A stretch of 64,000 nucleotides of DNA from Spirochaetales bacterium. Its GTDB lineage: Bacteria > Spirochaetota > Spirochaetia > SZUA-6. A model generated the notes under the pieces. It was not told the origin of the DNA, did no database searches, and saw only the letters and a program-made list of their open reading frames with translations. Both the position numbers and the translations under genes were made by a program. Below, piece after piece: positions 56,649 through 64,000 of the stretch (the stretch's first letter is position 1; each line of letters opens with the position of its first letter). The stretch is from positions 19,150 to 83,149 of the forward strand of contig JALUUM010000022.1 in assembly GCA_027021365.1 (NCBI GenBank), in the 5' to 3' direction.

Positions 56649-57263
56649 GTGAAGATGAAACTGTATCGTTATCTTTTCCTGTTTGTGGCAGGATCGTTTC
56701 TTGTTCTATCGGGTTGCCTGCTTACAGTAGGTGCACCACTTGCAAGGAAGGTTGAACCTGGTAAACTGATAGTGGAGGGTTCCGGCGGACCGCTTGTAGC
56801 GTCAAATACCAGTGGCAATATTGGCTTTAGCAGTTATCTCTATGCCGGTAAGAATCTTGGAAAGCATTTTGAAATAGGCATCCTTCCGTACTTTTATCAT
56901 ACCTTTCTCGGGGGTTTGGTAGGTGAAGTACAGGCCGGAGTAATTGCCGTGCCATTGAAGTGGGACCCCTTTAACTACTCCTGGCCCTTTCACCTTACCA
57001 TATATGCCGCACCGAGCCTATTTATGGGTGACATAGATGGAACCCTCCTTTATGAGGGAATAGGACTTTCCTATGACTTTCCCTTTCCTCTGCAACTCTA
57101 TGCTTCCTACTCGATTCCCTACTATGCATTCAACTGGTTTACGGCCAATATTGGTTTCAGATACCGTTTTTCCGAAAGGTTGTATATCGGTGCAAATGCA
57201 ATGATATCGATGCTAACCGGTTATGGTTTAAACCTTACGATTGGTACGGAGTTTGGTAAGTAG
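56649..57263 (+). CDS. Hypothetical lipoprotein, possibly a small outer-membrane beta-barrel
   Basis: Signal peptide + lipobox (LVLSGCLL). Alternating hydrophobic/aromatic beta-strand pattern and a C-terminal aromatic residue (…TEFGK). Confidence 0.45.
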   Translation: MKMKLYRYLFLFVAGSFLVLSGCLLTVGAPLARKVEPGKLIVEGSGGPLVASNTSGNIGFSSYLYAGKNLGKHFEIGILPYFYHTFLGGLVGEVQAGVIAVPLKWDPFNYSWPFHLTIYAAPSLFMGDIDGTLLYEGIGLSYDFPFPLQLYASYSIPYYAFNWFTANIGFRYRFSERLYIGANAMISMLTGYGLNLTIGTEFGK

Positions 57264-57292
57264 ACCGGAAAATCGACAGGGAAAACTTCTCC

Positions 57293-57321
57293 TTGACATG
57301 AGTTAGATTTATATATATTTA
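57293..57321 (+). promoter_or_regulatory. Candidate sigma70-type promoter of the feo operon (TTGACA, 17 bp, TATTTA)
   Basis: A perfect -35 hexamer at 57293-57298 and an AT-rich -10-like hexamer at 57316-57321, about 45 bp upstream of feoA. The AT-rich spacer could hold a metalloregulator site. This is inference only. Confidence 0.3.
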
Positions 57322-57363
57322 TTAAACAAGTCTAATTTTTCTGCTTGTCGAGGTGTCAGAAGT

Positions 57364-57852
57364 ATGCGAAAAACAATTCCCCTTAGTAAGGCTTCTCCCG
57401 GAAGCTATAGGATAGTATCCCTCAATGGAGGAAAGAACTTCGTACAGAGGATAGCGGAAATGGGGATGTATCCCGATTCCCCGGTAGAGGTCCTGGAAGT
57501 TATGAACGGAGGTGGGCCGGTGAGGGTCTCTGTAAAGGGGAGCCAGCTTGCAATCGGTCGTGGAATGGCAGCCAAGATCATGGTTGCCAGTGAAGGGGAA
57601 AAGGATTTCTATACCCTCAGGGATTACAGGGAAGGTGACAGGGGGAGGATAATCGATATCAAGGGGCATGGCAAGTTCAAGACGAGAGTTCTGGAGATGG
57701 GGTTTACAAAGGGTGAGGAAGTTTATGTGGAAAAGTATGCCCCCTTGCGTGATCCCATCGAGTTCGTGGTGAAGGGTTACCATGTCAGCTTGAGAAGGGA
57801 AGAGGCGGAAAATATCATTATGACTCCCCCGGAGAGGACAGAGAAGAGATGA
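57364..57852 (+). CDS. feoA: FeoA-domain protein (tandem FeoA/SH3-like domains)
   Basis: Two FeoA-like modules (RIVSLNGGKNFVQRIAEMGMYPDSPVEVL and GRIIDIKGHGKFKTRVLEMGFTKGEEVYV). It overlaps feoB by 4 nt. Confidence 0.8.
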   Translation: MRKTIPLSKASPGSYRIVSLNGGKNFVQRIAEMGMYPDSPVEVLEVMNGGGPVRVSVKGSQLAIGRGMAAKIMVASEGEKDFYTLRDYREGDRGRIIDIKGHGKFKTRVLEMGFTKGEEVYVEKYAPLRDPIEFVVKGYHVSLRREEAENIIMTPPERTEKR

Positions 57853-60035
57853 AGCCGGGCGATACAAAAGGTGATGATTCCAGGGTAAAGGTCGAAAAAT
57901 CGAAGGAAAATGCCTTAAAGAGGATCGTTGTTGCAATTGGAGGGAATCCCAATTCAGGAAAAACAACGATATTCAACCATCTCACGGGCTCACACCAGAA
58001 AGTGGGAAACTGGGGCGGTGTCACGGTAGAGAAGGTAGAGGGTCGTGTTGTACGGGGAGAGTATGAGATTGTCTTTGTTGATCTTCCCGGTACATACAGC
58101 CTTACGGCCTATTCGATAGAGGAAATCATTGCAAGAAATTTCATAGTGGACGAAAAACCCGATGTAATAGTGGATATCATAGATGCGGGAAATCTCGAAC
58201 GCAACCTGTATCTCGCAGTACAGATGATAGAGATGAAGGGGCATTTTGTGTTTGTCCTTAATATGGCAGACATGGCTGAGAAACAGGGCATCAGAATAGA
58301 CGGCGACAAGCTGTCTACACTTCTGGGGGGACCTGTCATTTTTACTACGGGTATAAAGGGAAAGGGAGTGGACAGGATAGTAGACGAGGTTATCGATGTC
58401 TATGAGAACAGGGAGAAGAAGGTCAGACATATCCATATTCCCTACGGGAGAGAGATAGAGGAAGAGATAGGAAAGATACAGGCTGTTATCCGAAAGGACA
58501 GGATCTTATCATCTAAATACTCCACCAGATGGCTGTCTGTCAAGCTGCTTGAGAACGATAAGGAAGTGATAGAGAAGATAAAGAGGTATTTCAGGTTCTA
58601 TGATGAGATAATTTCACAGGCAGGCAAGTCGAGGGAACATCTTAAAAAGATATACAACGATGATCCCGAAATAATAATAGCCGACCAGCGTTACGGTTTC
58701 ATTAACGGTCTTCTTAAGGAGGTTATTTCCTACGAGAAGCGTGACAGAATCGATATCTCGCAGAAGATAGACAAGGTGCTGACAAATAAATTTCTGGGCA
58801 TACCAATTCTATTCTTTTTTGTCTGGCTTATGTTCCAGGTCACCTTCGGGCTTGGAGCATACCCGATGGATTGGATAGACAGGGGTGTAAGACTTCTAGT
58901 TGATGTTTTTTCTCCGCTCTTTCCCGAGGGTATCTTTAAGAGCCTTCTTTTCGACGGAATAATAGGGGGTGTCGGTTCTGTACTCGTCTTTCTTCCCAAT
59001 ATACTTCTTCTTTTTCTAATGATTTCCATTTTTGAAGATACAGGCTACATGGCCCGTGCCGCTTTCGTAATGGACAGGGTGATGCACCTTATAGGTCTTC
59101 ATGGAAAGTCCTTCATTCCCATGATCATGGGATTTGGCTGCAATGTTCCCGCAATCATGGCCACAAGAACCCTCGAGAGCAGGAAGGACAGGCTTCTTAC
59201 CATCCTTATAAACCCGCTTATGAGCTGCAGTGCACGTCTTCCAGTATACATCCTTATTGCCGGAGCCTATTTCGGCAACAGAGCTGGAAATGTGATTTTT
59301 TCCCTCTACGCATTGGGAATAGTTCTTGCAATACTCGTGGGGCGGTTTTTCAGGAAAACGATCTTCAGGGGAGAATCCGAGCCATTTGTCATGGAGCTTC
59401 CTCCCTACAGGATCCCTACGGTAAAATCGGTATTGATACACATGTGGGAGAGGGCCGTTGTCTTTCTTAAAAAAATGGGGTCTGTCATTCTGGCGGGTTC
59501 GATAATCATATGGTTTCTAAGCAGCTTTCCCGCCCATGAGGAAATATCGAACAATACCGTAAGTGGAGCTGATACGGCTATTGAGGTTACATCTGTCAAC
59601 CAGGGGGGACAAGAAGATATCCCGATAGAGAGGTCATTCATAGGAATGATAGGGAAGGCGATAGAGCCTATTTTCAGGCCGATAGGTTTCGGATGGCAGG
59701 AAGGGGTGTCCCTGATTACCGGTTTTGTGGCAAAGGAAATCGTGGTTTCGACGCTGGGTGTGCTTTATGTGGGAGGCGATAATGCTTCGGGGAGCATGGA
59801 TTACGGGAACCTTGGAAGTGTCATTAAACAGAGATCGGGAATGAGCCCCCTTGTTGCATATGCATTTCTCGTTTTCGTGCTTCTCTATACACCGTGCCTT
59901 GCCACGGTAGTGGCAATGAAGCGGGAGAGCGATTCTCTTAAGTGGACTCTCTTTGGGGTCGGTTATCAGCTTGTGCTTGCCTGGCTGGTATCTTTTATGA
60001 TTGTAAAGGTGGGAAGCCTTTTCCTGGTGGTATAG
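57849..60035 (+). CDS. feoB: Ferrous iron transporter FeoB (N-terminal GTPase + membrane domain)
   Basis: G1 motif GNPNSGKTT, G3 DLPG, G4 NMAD, and a polytopic C-terminal domain with Gate motifs. Confidence 0.9.
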   Translation: MKPGDTKGDDSRVKVEKSKENALKRIVVAIGGNPNSGKTTIFNHLTGSHQKVGNWGGVTVEKVEGRVVRGEYEIVFVDLPGTYSLTAYSIEEIIARNFIVDEKPDVIVDIIDAGNLERNLYLAVQMIEMKGHFVFVLNMADMAEKQGIRIDGDKLSTLLGGPVIFTTGIKGKGVDRIVDEVIDVYENREKKVRHIHIPYGREIEEEIGKIQAVIRKDRILSSKYSTRWLSVKLLENDKEVIEKIKRYFRFYDEIISQAGKSREHLKKIYNDDPEIIIADQRYGFINGLLKEVISYEKRDRIDISQKIDKVLTNKFLGIPILFFFVWLMFQVTFGLGAYPMDWIDRGVRLLVDVFSPLFPEGIFKSLLFDGIIGGVGSVLVFLPNILLLFLMISIFEDTGYMARAAFVMDRVMHLIGLHGKSFIPMIMGFGCNVPAIMATRTLESRKDRLLTILINPLMSCSARLPVYILIAGAYFGNRAGNVIFSLYALGIVLAILVGRFFRKTIFRGESEPFVMELPPYRIPTVKSVLIHMWERAVVFLKKMGSVILAGSIIIWFLSSFPAHEEISNNTVSGADTAIEVTSVNQGGQEDIPIERSFIGMIGKAIEPIFRPIGFGWQEGVSLITGFVAKEIVVSTLGVLYVGGDNASGSMDYGNLGSVIKQRSGMSPLVAYAFLVFVLLYTPCLATVVAMKRESDSLKWTLFGVGYQLVLAWLVSFMIVKVGSLFLVV

Positions 60036-60093
60036 CACGGGAGGTTTTAGGGAGGTTTTAGGAGGTTATTAGAATGTTTTTAGGAGGCTCAAA

Positions 60094-60249
60094 GTGAAAA
60101 ACTTTCTTGATTTTCTGGCTTATTTAATCGTGTTTATTACCATAGCATGGTCCCTCTGGAAGGCTATCAGGTTTTTCCGGGGAAAGAAGATAGGCTGCAG
60201 TTCATGCCACAATGAAGGATGCAGCTTTACTACCGAAGAGAGGGAATAA
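60094..60249 (+). CDS. FeoB-associated Cys-rich small membrane protein
   Basis: GTG start with AGGAGG 5 nt upstream. The 51-aa product has one TM helix and C-terminal GCSSCHNEGC. It sits immediately downstream of feoB. The ATG at 60074 hits a TGA stop after 7 codons. Confidence 0.5.
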   Translation: MKNFLDFLAYLIVFITIAWSLWKAIRFFRGKKIGCSSCHNEGCSFTTEERE

Positions 60250-60250
60250 G

Positions 60251-60757
60251 ATGATGGTCAAAACGAGTGAAAGTGAAATAAGGGAAAATGAAAGAGGATA
60301 TGTAAGTGCCAACCTTTCCGAGTCCATGGAAGATTACATAGAGGTCATCGGGAAACTCGAACAGGAGCACAAGGCTGTACGGGTAAAGCATATAGCCGAG
60401 ATGATGAAAGTCAAGATGCCCAGTGTTTCATCGGCGCTTTCCGTCTTAAAGAAAAAGGGACTCGTGAACTACGAGAAATACGATTATGTCGAACTGAGCC
60501 AGAAGGGAAGGAAAGTTGCTAGATCACTCGTTGAGAGGCACGAGGCGCTGAAGCACTTTCTCGTATCGATACTGCATGTCAATGAGGATACGGCAGAGGA
60601 GGATGCCTGTGGCATGGAGCACCATGTTTCCAAGGAGACGGTTGACAACATACTGAAATTCATAGATTTCCTCGAGGGTTGCCCGGAATCGGAGAATATT
60701 TGTATGAAAAATTTCAGGGCATTTCTTGAAACGGGTGAAAGGCAACCCTGTCATTGA
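60251..60757 (+). CDS. DtxR/MntR-family metal-dependent transcriptional repressor
   Basis: ATG at 60251 with a GAGGGA RBS. wHTH region DYIEVIGKL...VRVKHIAEMMKVKMPSVSSALSVLKKKGLV, and C-terminal metal-site residues (H, E, C, H). Confidence 0.75.
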   Translation: MMVKTSESEIRENERGYVSANLSESMEDYIEVIGKLEQEHKAVRVKHIAEMMKVKMPSVSSALSVLKKKGLVNYEKYDYVELSQKGRKVARSLVERHEALKHFLVSILHVNEDTAEEDACGMEHHVSKETVDNILKFIDFLEGCPESENICMKNFRAFLETGERQPCH

Positions 60758-60781
60758 TTCTTCGGCTCGGAATCAAGCGCT

Positions 60782-63688
60782 TCAGTATCCTTTGTCCCAG
60801 AGAAGCTCCGGTTCCTTAGTTGTGGAGGCGGCCCTTCCCGTTTTCTCCGCACCCCCCGGGGTAAAATAGCCGGAATATTCCTCTTTGAGCCTTTCATTCA
60901 GGCTGACTGCCCTTTCATAATTTTGAAGCATCTTCTCTCTGTCGTTTTTTTCCTTGTATATGAATGCCAAATTGATATATGCCGAGGCTCTCTCCGGATC
61001 GATACTCAGAGCCTTCAGGTAGTAATTGATTGCACTGTCATACCGCTTCTGGAGGAGGTATATGTTTCCCATGTTGTTGTAGGGTGAAAAATAATCTGCC
61101 TTCAGTTCTATTGCCTTTTTAAAGGAGCGCTCAGCCTGCCGATACTTGCCGAACCGCGCATAGGTTATTCCTAGCTTGTTGTAGAGTTTCGGGTTTTTGG
61201 GGTCCGATTCCAGTTGTCTCTCTATTCTCTTGACATTTGCAGAGAGTTCCCTCTCTATGAGGTTGTTTATATCGTCGAAGTAGAGCTGCTCTGTATACTC
61301 CTTTTCGGGTATTTCCGGTTCCCATTTCTCTCCCCGCAGTGTTACTGGGGCATATATCTTCCACGAATCGGATGTCGTAGCTATGCCGAGCTTCCTCCTG
61401 TACTTGGCTATCTCCTCCGCACCGGACTTCCAGGCCTCGAGAAAGGAGTCTCCCAGTAGTGTGGTTTCCACGGGAATCCAGACTTTCCCCCTGTAGGGAA
61501 AGAGAAGGGTTGAAGTGGCCGAGATGCTTCTCTTGTTGCTAATGGGGACTCCTGTATTGAACATCATGAATATGTGTTCAGGGATAGTAACCGTTGCCGT
61601 CTCGATCCCTATACTCTGCAGGAGGGATGAGTACAGTACGGTAAGATCATCACAGTCACCTGTTTTAAATCTAAGTGTATCACGCGGGTATTGTATGAAA
61701 TCTACCATTGCAGGATTTTTGGAGTATTCAATGAATGGGGTTTTGGGATCGGGAATATAGGTAATACCATAGACACTAAGGGTATCGAATATCTGAATTG
61801 CAGATTGAAGTGCATTGTTGAGGAACTTGAAGCGTGCATTCCTGAAGGACTGTACAGTCTCCCTTGCAAATATCTTTACTGCCGGATCCTTTGGAGTGAT
61901 GAAAGATGCAAGTTTTTTCTGATTGTCCCATGTCATCGCGTTCCTGTTGAATAGGTTAAAGGAAATGTTGCGTGTTACCGAGTACGGTTTATTATCGATC
62001 GAGTAGGAGATCTTGACATTTGCACCGAGCGGTGTATCCTCGGTGACCTCTAGTATTCTGTTGTTGAAGAGGGCAAAGAGTTTCAATGTTATCTCTTCGC
62101 CGGAAGGTACGTTCTTCTTCGTTTCACCCTCTGTGGGATAGTCCATGAACTCCTTCACATTGACTTCTGTCTTTATCCAATCAAGAGGATGGCCCGTTGT
62201 ATTCTTTACCGTTATACTTCCCAGGGGATTCGAACTGTAATACTTGTACATTGCCGAAAAAATGTTTCTTTCAATCTTGATTTTTTCTACGGAGATTTCC
62301 GGTATTTCTTCCTTCCCCGTACTGTAGAGTTTCTTTAGTTCTGCTATCTTTATTTTAATATTAGGATCATGTGATATCCCCAAAGCCTTCGTGTAACTGT
62401 CGATTGCATCCTTGTACTGCCTTGCAGCATAATTACTTCCGTATTCCCTGGAAAGCTCCCTTACTATCCCCGAAAGTCTGTCACCTCTCTTTACATAGAG
62501 GAGGACCTGTTCTCTGCCGAGCAGTGCTTTTACCTTCGCATCATCGGGGTGATACTTCAAATATATCTTCCACGTAGATATGGCCTTACTGTAATTTCCC
62601 GATTCCTGGTAGAAATGGCCGAGCTTTTCAAGAATTTCTGTATTTTCGGGACTCTTAAGCATGGCGAGGTTGATGTAACAGAGGAACCTATCGACATCAC
62701 TTTTCTCATATTTTCCAGCTTCCTTCATGTAAAAAGTAACGTCGGCCGATTCTTCTATCTTCTCGTATTCCCTGAACTTGAGAATTCTTTCATGCATACC
62801 ATCCGCCACGAAGAGTGAATTTCCACTCTTATCAGAAACCAGGTCAACCATATTTCCCAGAGCTCCTGAGCTACCGGGAATAGAAAGTTTGCTTTTCTTC
62901 CAGAGTATCTTTCCTTCATTTGAAATTCTGAAGACGGAACCGTTTCTCGAATCGATGATGTAGAAATGACCCGAAGCACTTTCCGTAAAAACGGCGGGGT
63001 AGAGGCTGTTTATATCAGCATTGATTCTCGTCTTTCCGAGAAGCATTCCGTCGATAGCGTAACGGTATATAAAGTAGAACAGTGAGGTTCCTGATAGCTC
63101 CGACTCTATGACCAGTATGGTATTATTCAAGCCCCTGGCCAGAGAAACGATATAATTGCCTTTCAGTTGAATATCTCCGATATACTTGCCATCGCTACCC
63201 ATTAATCTAAGTCGGTTTCTCGAACTATCGGGAATTATGATTTTACCCTCATCGGTGACGATGAAGTTGAGAATAGATGCTTCGTCAAAGGGTATTTCCA
63301 CCTTGAATTGCCCATGCGAGTCGAAGCGGATGATCTTCTTTCCCATCTGGTCCAGCACATAGATATTTCCCTTTGCATCGAGTCTCACCTTCCATGGAAC
63401 ACGATATTCTCCTTCGTCAGAACCGTATTTTCCGATTGTCGTTAGATAGTTACCCGACTCGTCGATCCTTGCAACCTGATTGGGTAGGGCTAGTATGATA
63501 TCACCATTGGGGAGAACACCGGCGCCGTACACGTAGGCGGGGATGTTGTTTTCCGGGGGAAGAAAATCCTTGATTTCGGATATAAAGTAGAGGTCACTCT
63601 CCACAAATGCATAGGCAAGTGGGATGATTAAAACAAGAACGACAAGGATAAGTATTTTTGTCCTTCGTGAAGGCAATGCAAGTTTCAT
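60782..63688 (-). CDS. NHL-repeat beta-propeller + transglutaminase-like domain + TPR-repeat protein (paralog of 42384-44513)
   Basis: N-terminal TM segment, then NHL-like blades (GNIYVLDQMGKKIIRFDSHGQF). Transglutaminase-like core LRFKTGDCDDLTVLYSSLLQSIGIETATVTIPEHIFMMFN. C-terminal TPRs. Extensive collinear similarity to the 709-aa protein. Confidence 0.7.
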   Translation of the reverse strand: MKLALPSRRTKILILVVLVLIIPLAYAFVESDLYFISEIKDFLPPENNIPAYVYGAGVLPNGDIILALPNQVARIDESGNYLTTIGKYGSDEGEYRVPWKVRLDAKGNIYVLDQMGKKIIRFDSHGQFKVEIPFDEASILNFIVTDEGKIIIPDSSRNRLRLMGSDGKYIGDIQLKGNYIVSLARGLNNTILVIESELSGTSLFYFIYRYAIDGMLLGKTRINADINSLYPAVFTESASGHFYIIDSRNGSVFRISNEGKILWKKSKLSIPGSSGALGNMVDLVSDKSGNSLFVADGMHERILKFREYEKIEESADVTFYMKEAGKYEKSDVDRFLCYINLAMLKSPENTEILEKLGHFYQESGNYSKAISTWKIYLKYHPDDAKVKALLGREQVLLYVKRGDRLSGIVRELSREYGSNYAARQYKDAIDSYTKALGISHDPNIKIKIAELKKLYSTGKEEIPEISVEKIKIERNIFSAMYKYYSSNPLGSITVKNTTGHPLDWIKTEVNVKEFMDYPTEGETKKNVPSGEEITLKLFALFNNRILEVTEDTPLGANVKISYSIDNKPYSVTRNISFNLFNRNAMTWDNQKKLASFITPKDPAVKIFARETVQSFRNARFKFLNNALQSAIQIFDTLSVYGITYIPDPKTPFIEYSKNPAMVDFIQYPRDTLRFKTGDCDDLTVLYSSLLQSIGIETATVTIPEHIFMMFNTGVPISNKRSISATSTLLFPYRGKVWIPVETTLLGDSFLEAWKSGAEEIAKYRRKLGIATTSDSWKIYAPVTLRGEKWEPEIPEKEYTEQLYFDDINNLIERELSANVKRIERQLESDPKNPKLYNKLGITYARFGKYRQAERSFKKAIELKADYFSPYNNMGNIYLLQKRYDSAINYYLKALSIDPERASAYINLAFIYKEKNDREKMLQNYERAVSLNERLKEEYSGYFTPGGAEKTGRAASTTKEPELLWDKGY

Positions 63689-63710
63689 TCTAACGTCAGG
63701 GCTGTCAGGG

Positions 63711-64000
63711 TTACCAGCTAGCCAGAAGTTTTTCTGCCATCTTACCTATTTCACTGTTTTTATCCATGCTGTAGGCCTTTTTCATTCTACTGATAGCCTT
63801 GTCCCTTTCATCCATATTGTACAGTGAAATGGCAGAGAGATAATTTATTATCTGTGAATGAAGGCCCTCCGGATAATTCTCGAGGTACATTTCAAAAAGC
63901 TTTTCAGCATCTTCATACGCCATCGAGTCGAGGTAGAGCGTTCCTGAGATCAAGACGTATTCGGGAAAGTAATCGGTATACGGATCGGGTTCTACCTCCT
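63711..64000 (-). CDS. TPR-repeat protein, C-terminal part (gene continues beyond the window end)
   Basis: The minus-strand frame is open to position 64000 (…EVEPDPYTDYFPEYVLISGTLYLDSMAYEDAEKLFEMYLENYPEG…) with TPR-like helices. The stop is 23 nt upstream of the start of the next gene. Confidence 0.45.
   Translation of the reverse strand, partial: EVEPDPYTDYFPEYVLISGTLYLDSMAYEDAEKLFEMYLENYPEGLHSQIINYLSAISLYNMDERDKAISRMKKAYSMDKNSEIGKMAEKLLASW

Overview
This is a 64-kb chromosomal window of about 45% GC. Lipobox patterns, TPR-rich proteins and transglutaminase-like giant proteins suggest a spirochete-like, Gram-negative-type bacterium; that lineage guess is low-confidence inference. Coding density is high. 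In order, the window holds: (1) the 5' end of a giant (>1500 aa) secreted coiled-coil protein. (2) An RND efflux operon with an unusual order: TolC-like OMF, membrane-fusion lipoprotein, two paralogous Ig-like-domain lipoproteins, then two tandem RND permeases. (3) A VapBC-type RHH/PIN toxin-antitoxin pair with a 12-bp x5 tandem repeat in its promoter. (4) A ChrB-C-domain protein beside a half-length MFS gene. (5) Two carbohydrate ABC uptake operons. The first (LacI-type regulator nearby) is flanked by a GH114-like lipoprotein and an unknown beta-propeller gene. The second is ugp-like and sits next to a glycerophosphodiester phosphodiesterase gene. (6) A CPBP (CAAX) intramembrane protease fused to a SAM methyltransferase. 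(7) A three-gene minus-strand operon of SAM methyltransferase, fused HgcA-like corrinoid domain + transmembrane region + HgcB-like 2x[4Fe-4S] ferredoxin, and a YgbA/'nitrous-oxide-stimulated promoter' family protein. (8) Two paralogous transglutaminase-like/TPR giant proteins. (9) A decayed DUF3179 pseudogene. (10) A tri-domain protein matching archaeal/thermophile IPCT-DIPPS (cytidylyltransferase + CDP-alcohol phosphatidyltransferase) with an extra C-terminal HAD phosphatase. (11) A feoA-feoB-small Cys-rich protein-DtxR iron locus. No rRNA, tRNA, CRISPR array or obvious transposase was seen. The corrinoid/ferredoxin-methyltransferase operon and the IPCT-DIPPS-HAD fusion are the most interesting candidates for undescribed biology. 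All functional calls rest on motif recognition by eye and need a homology search to confirm.
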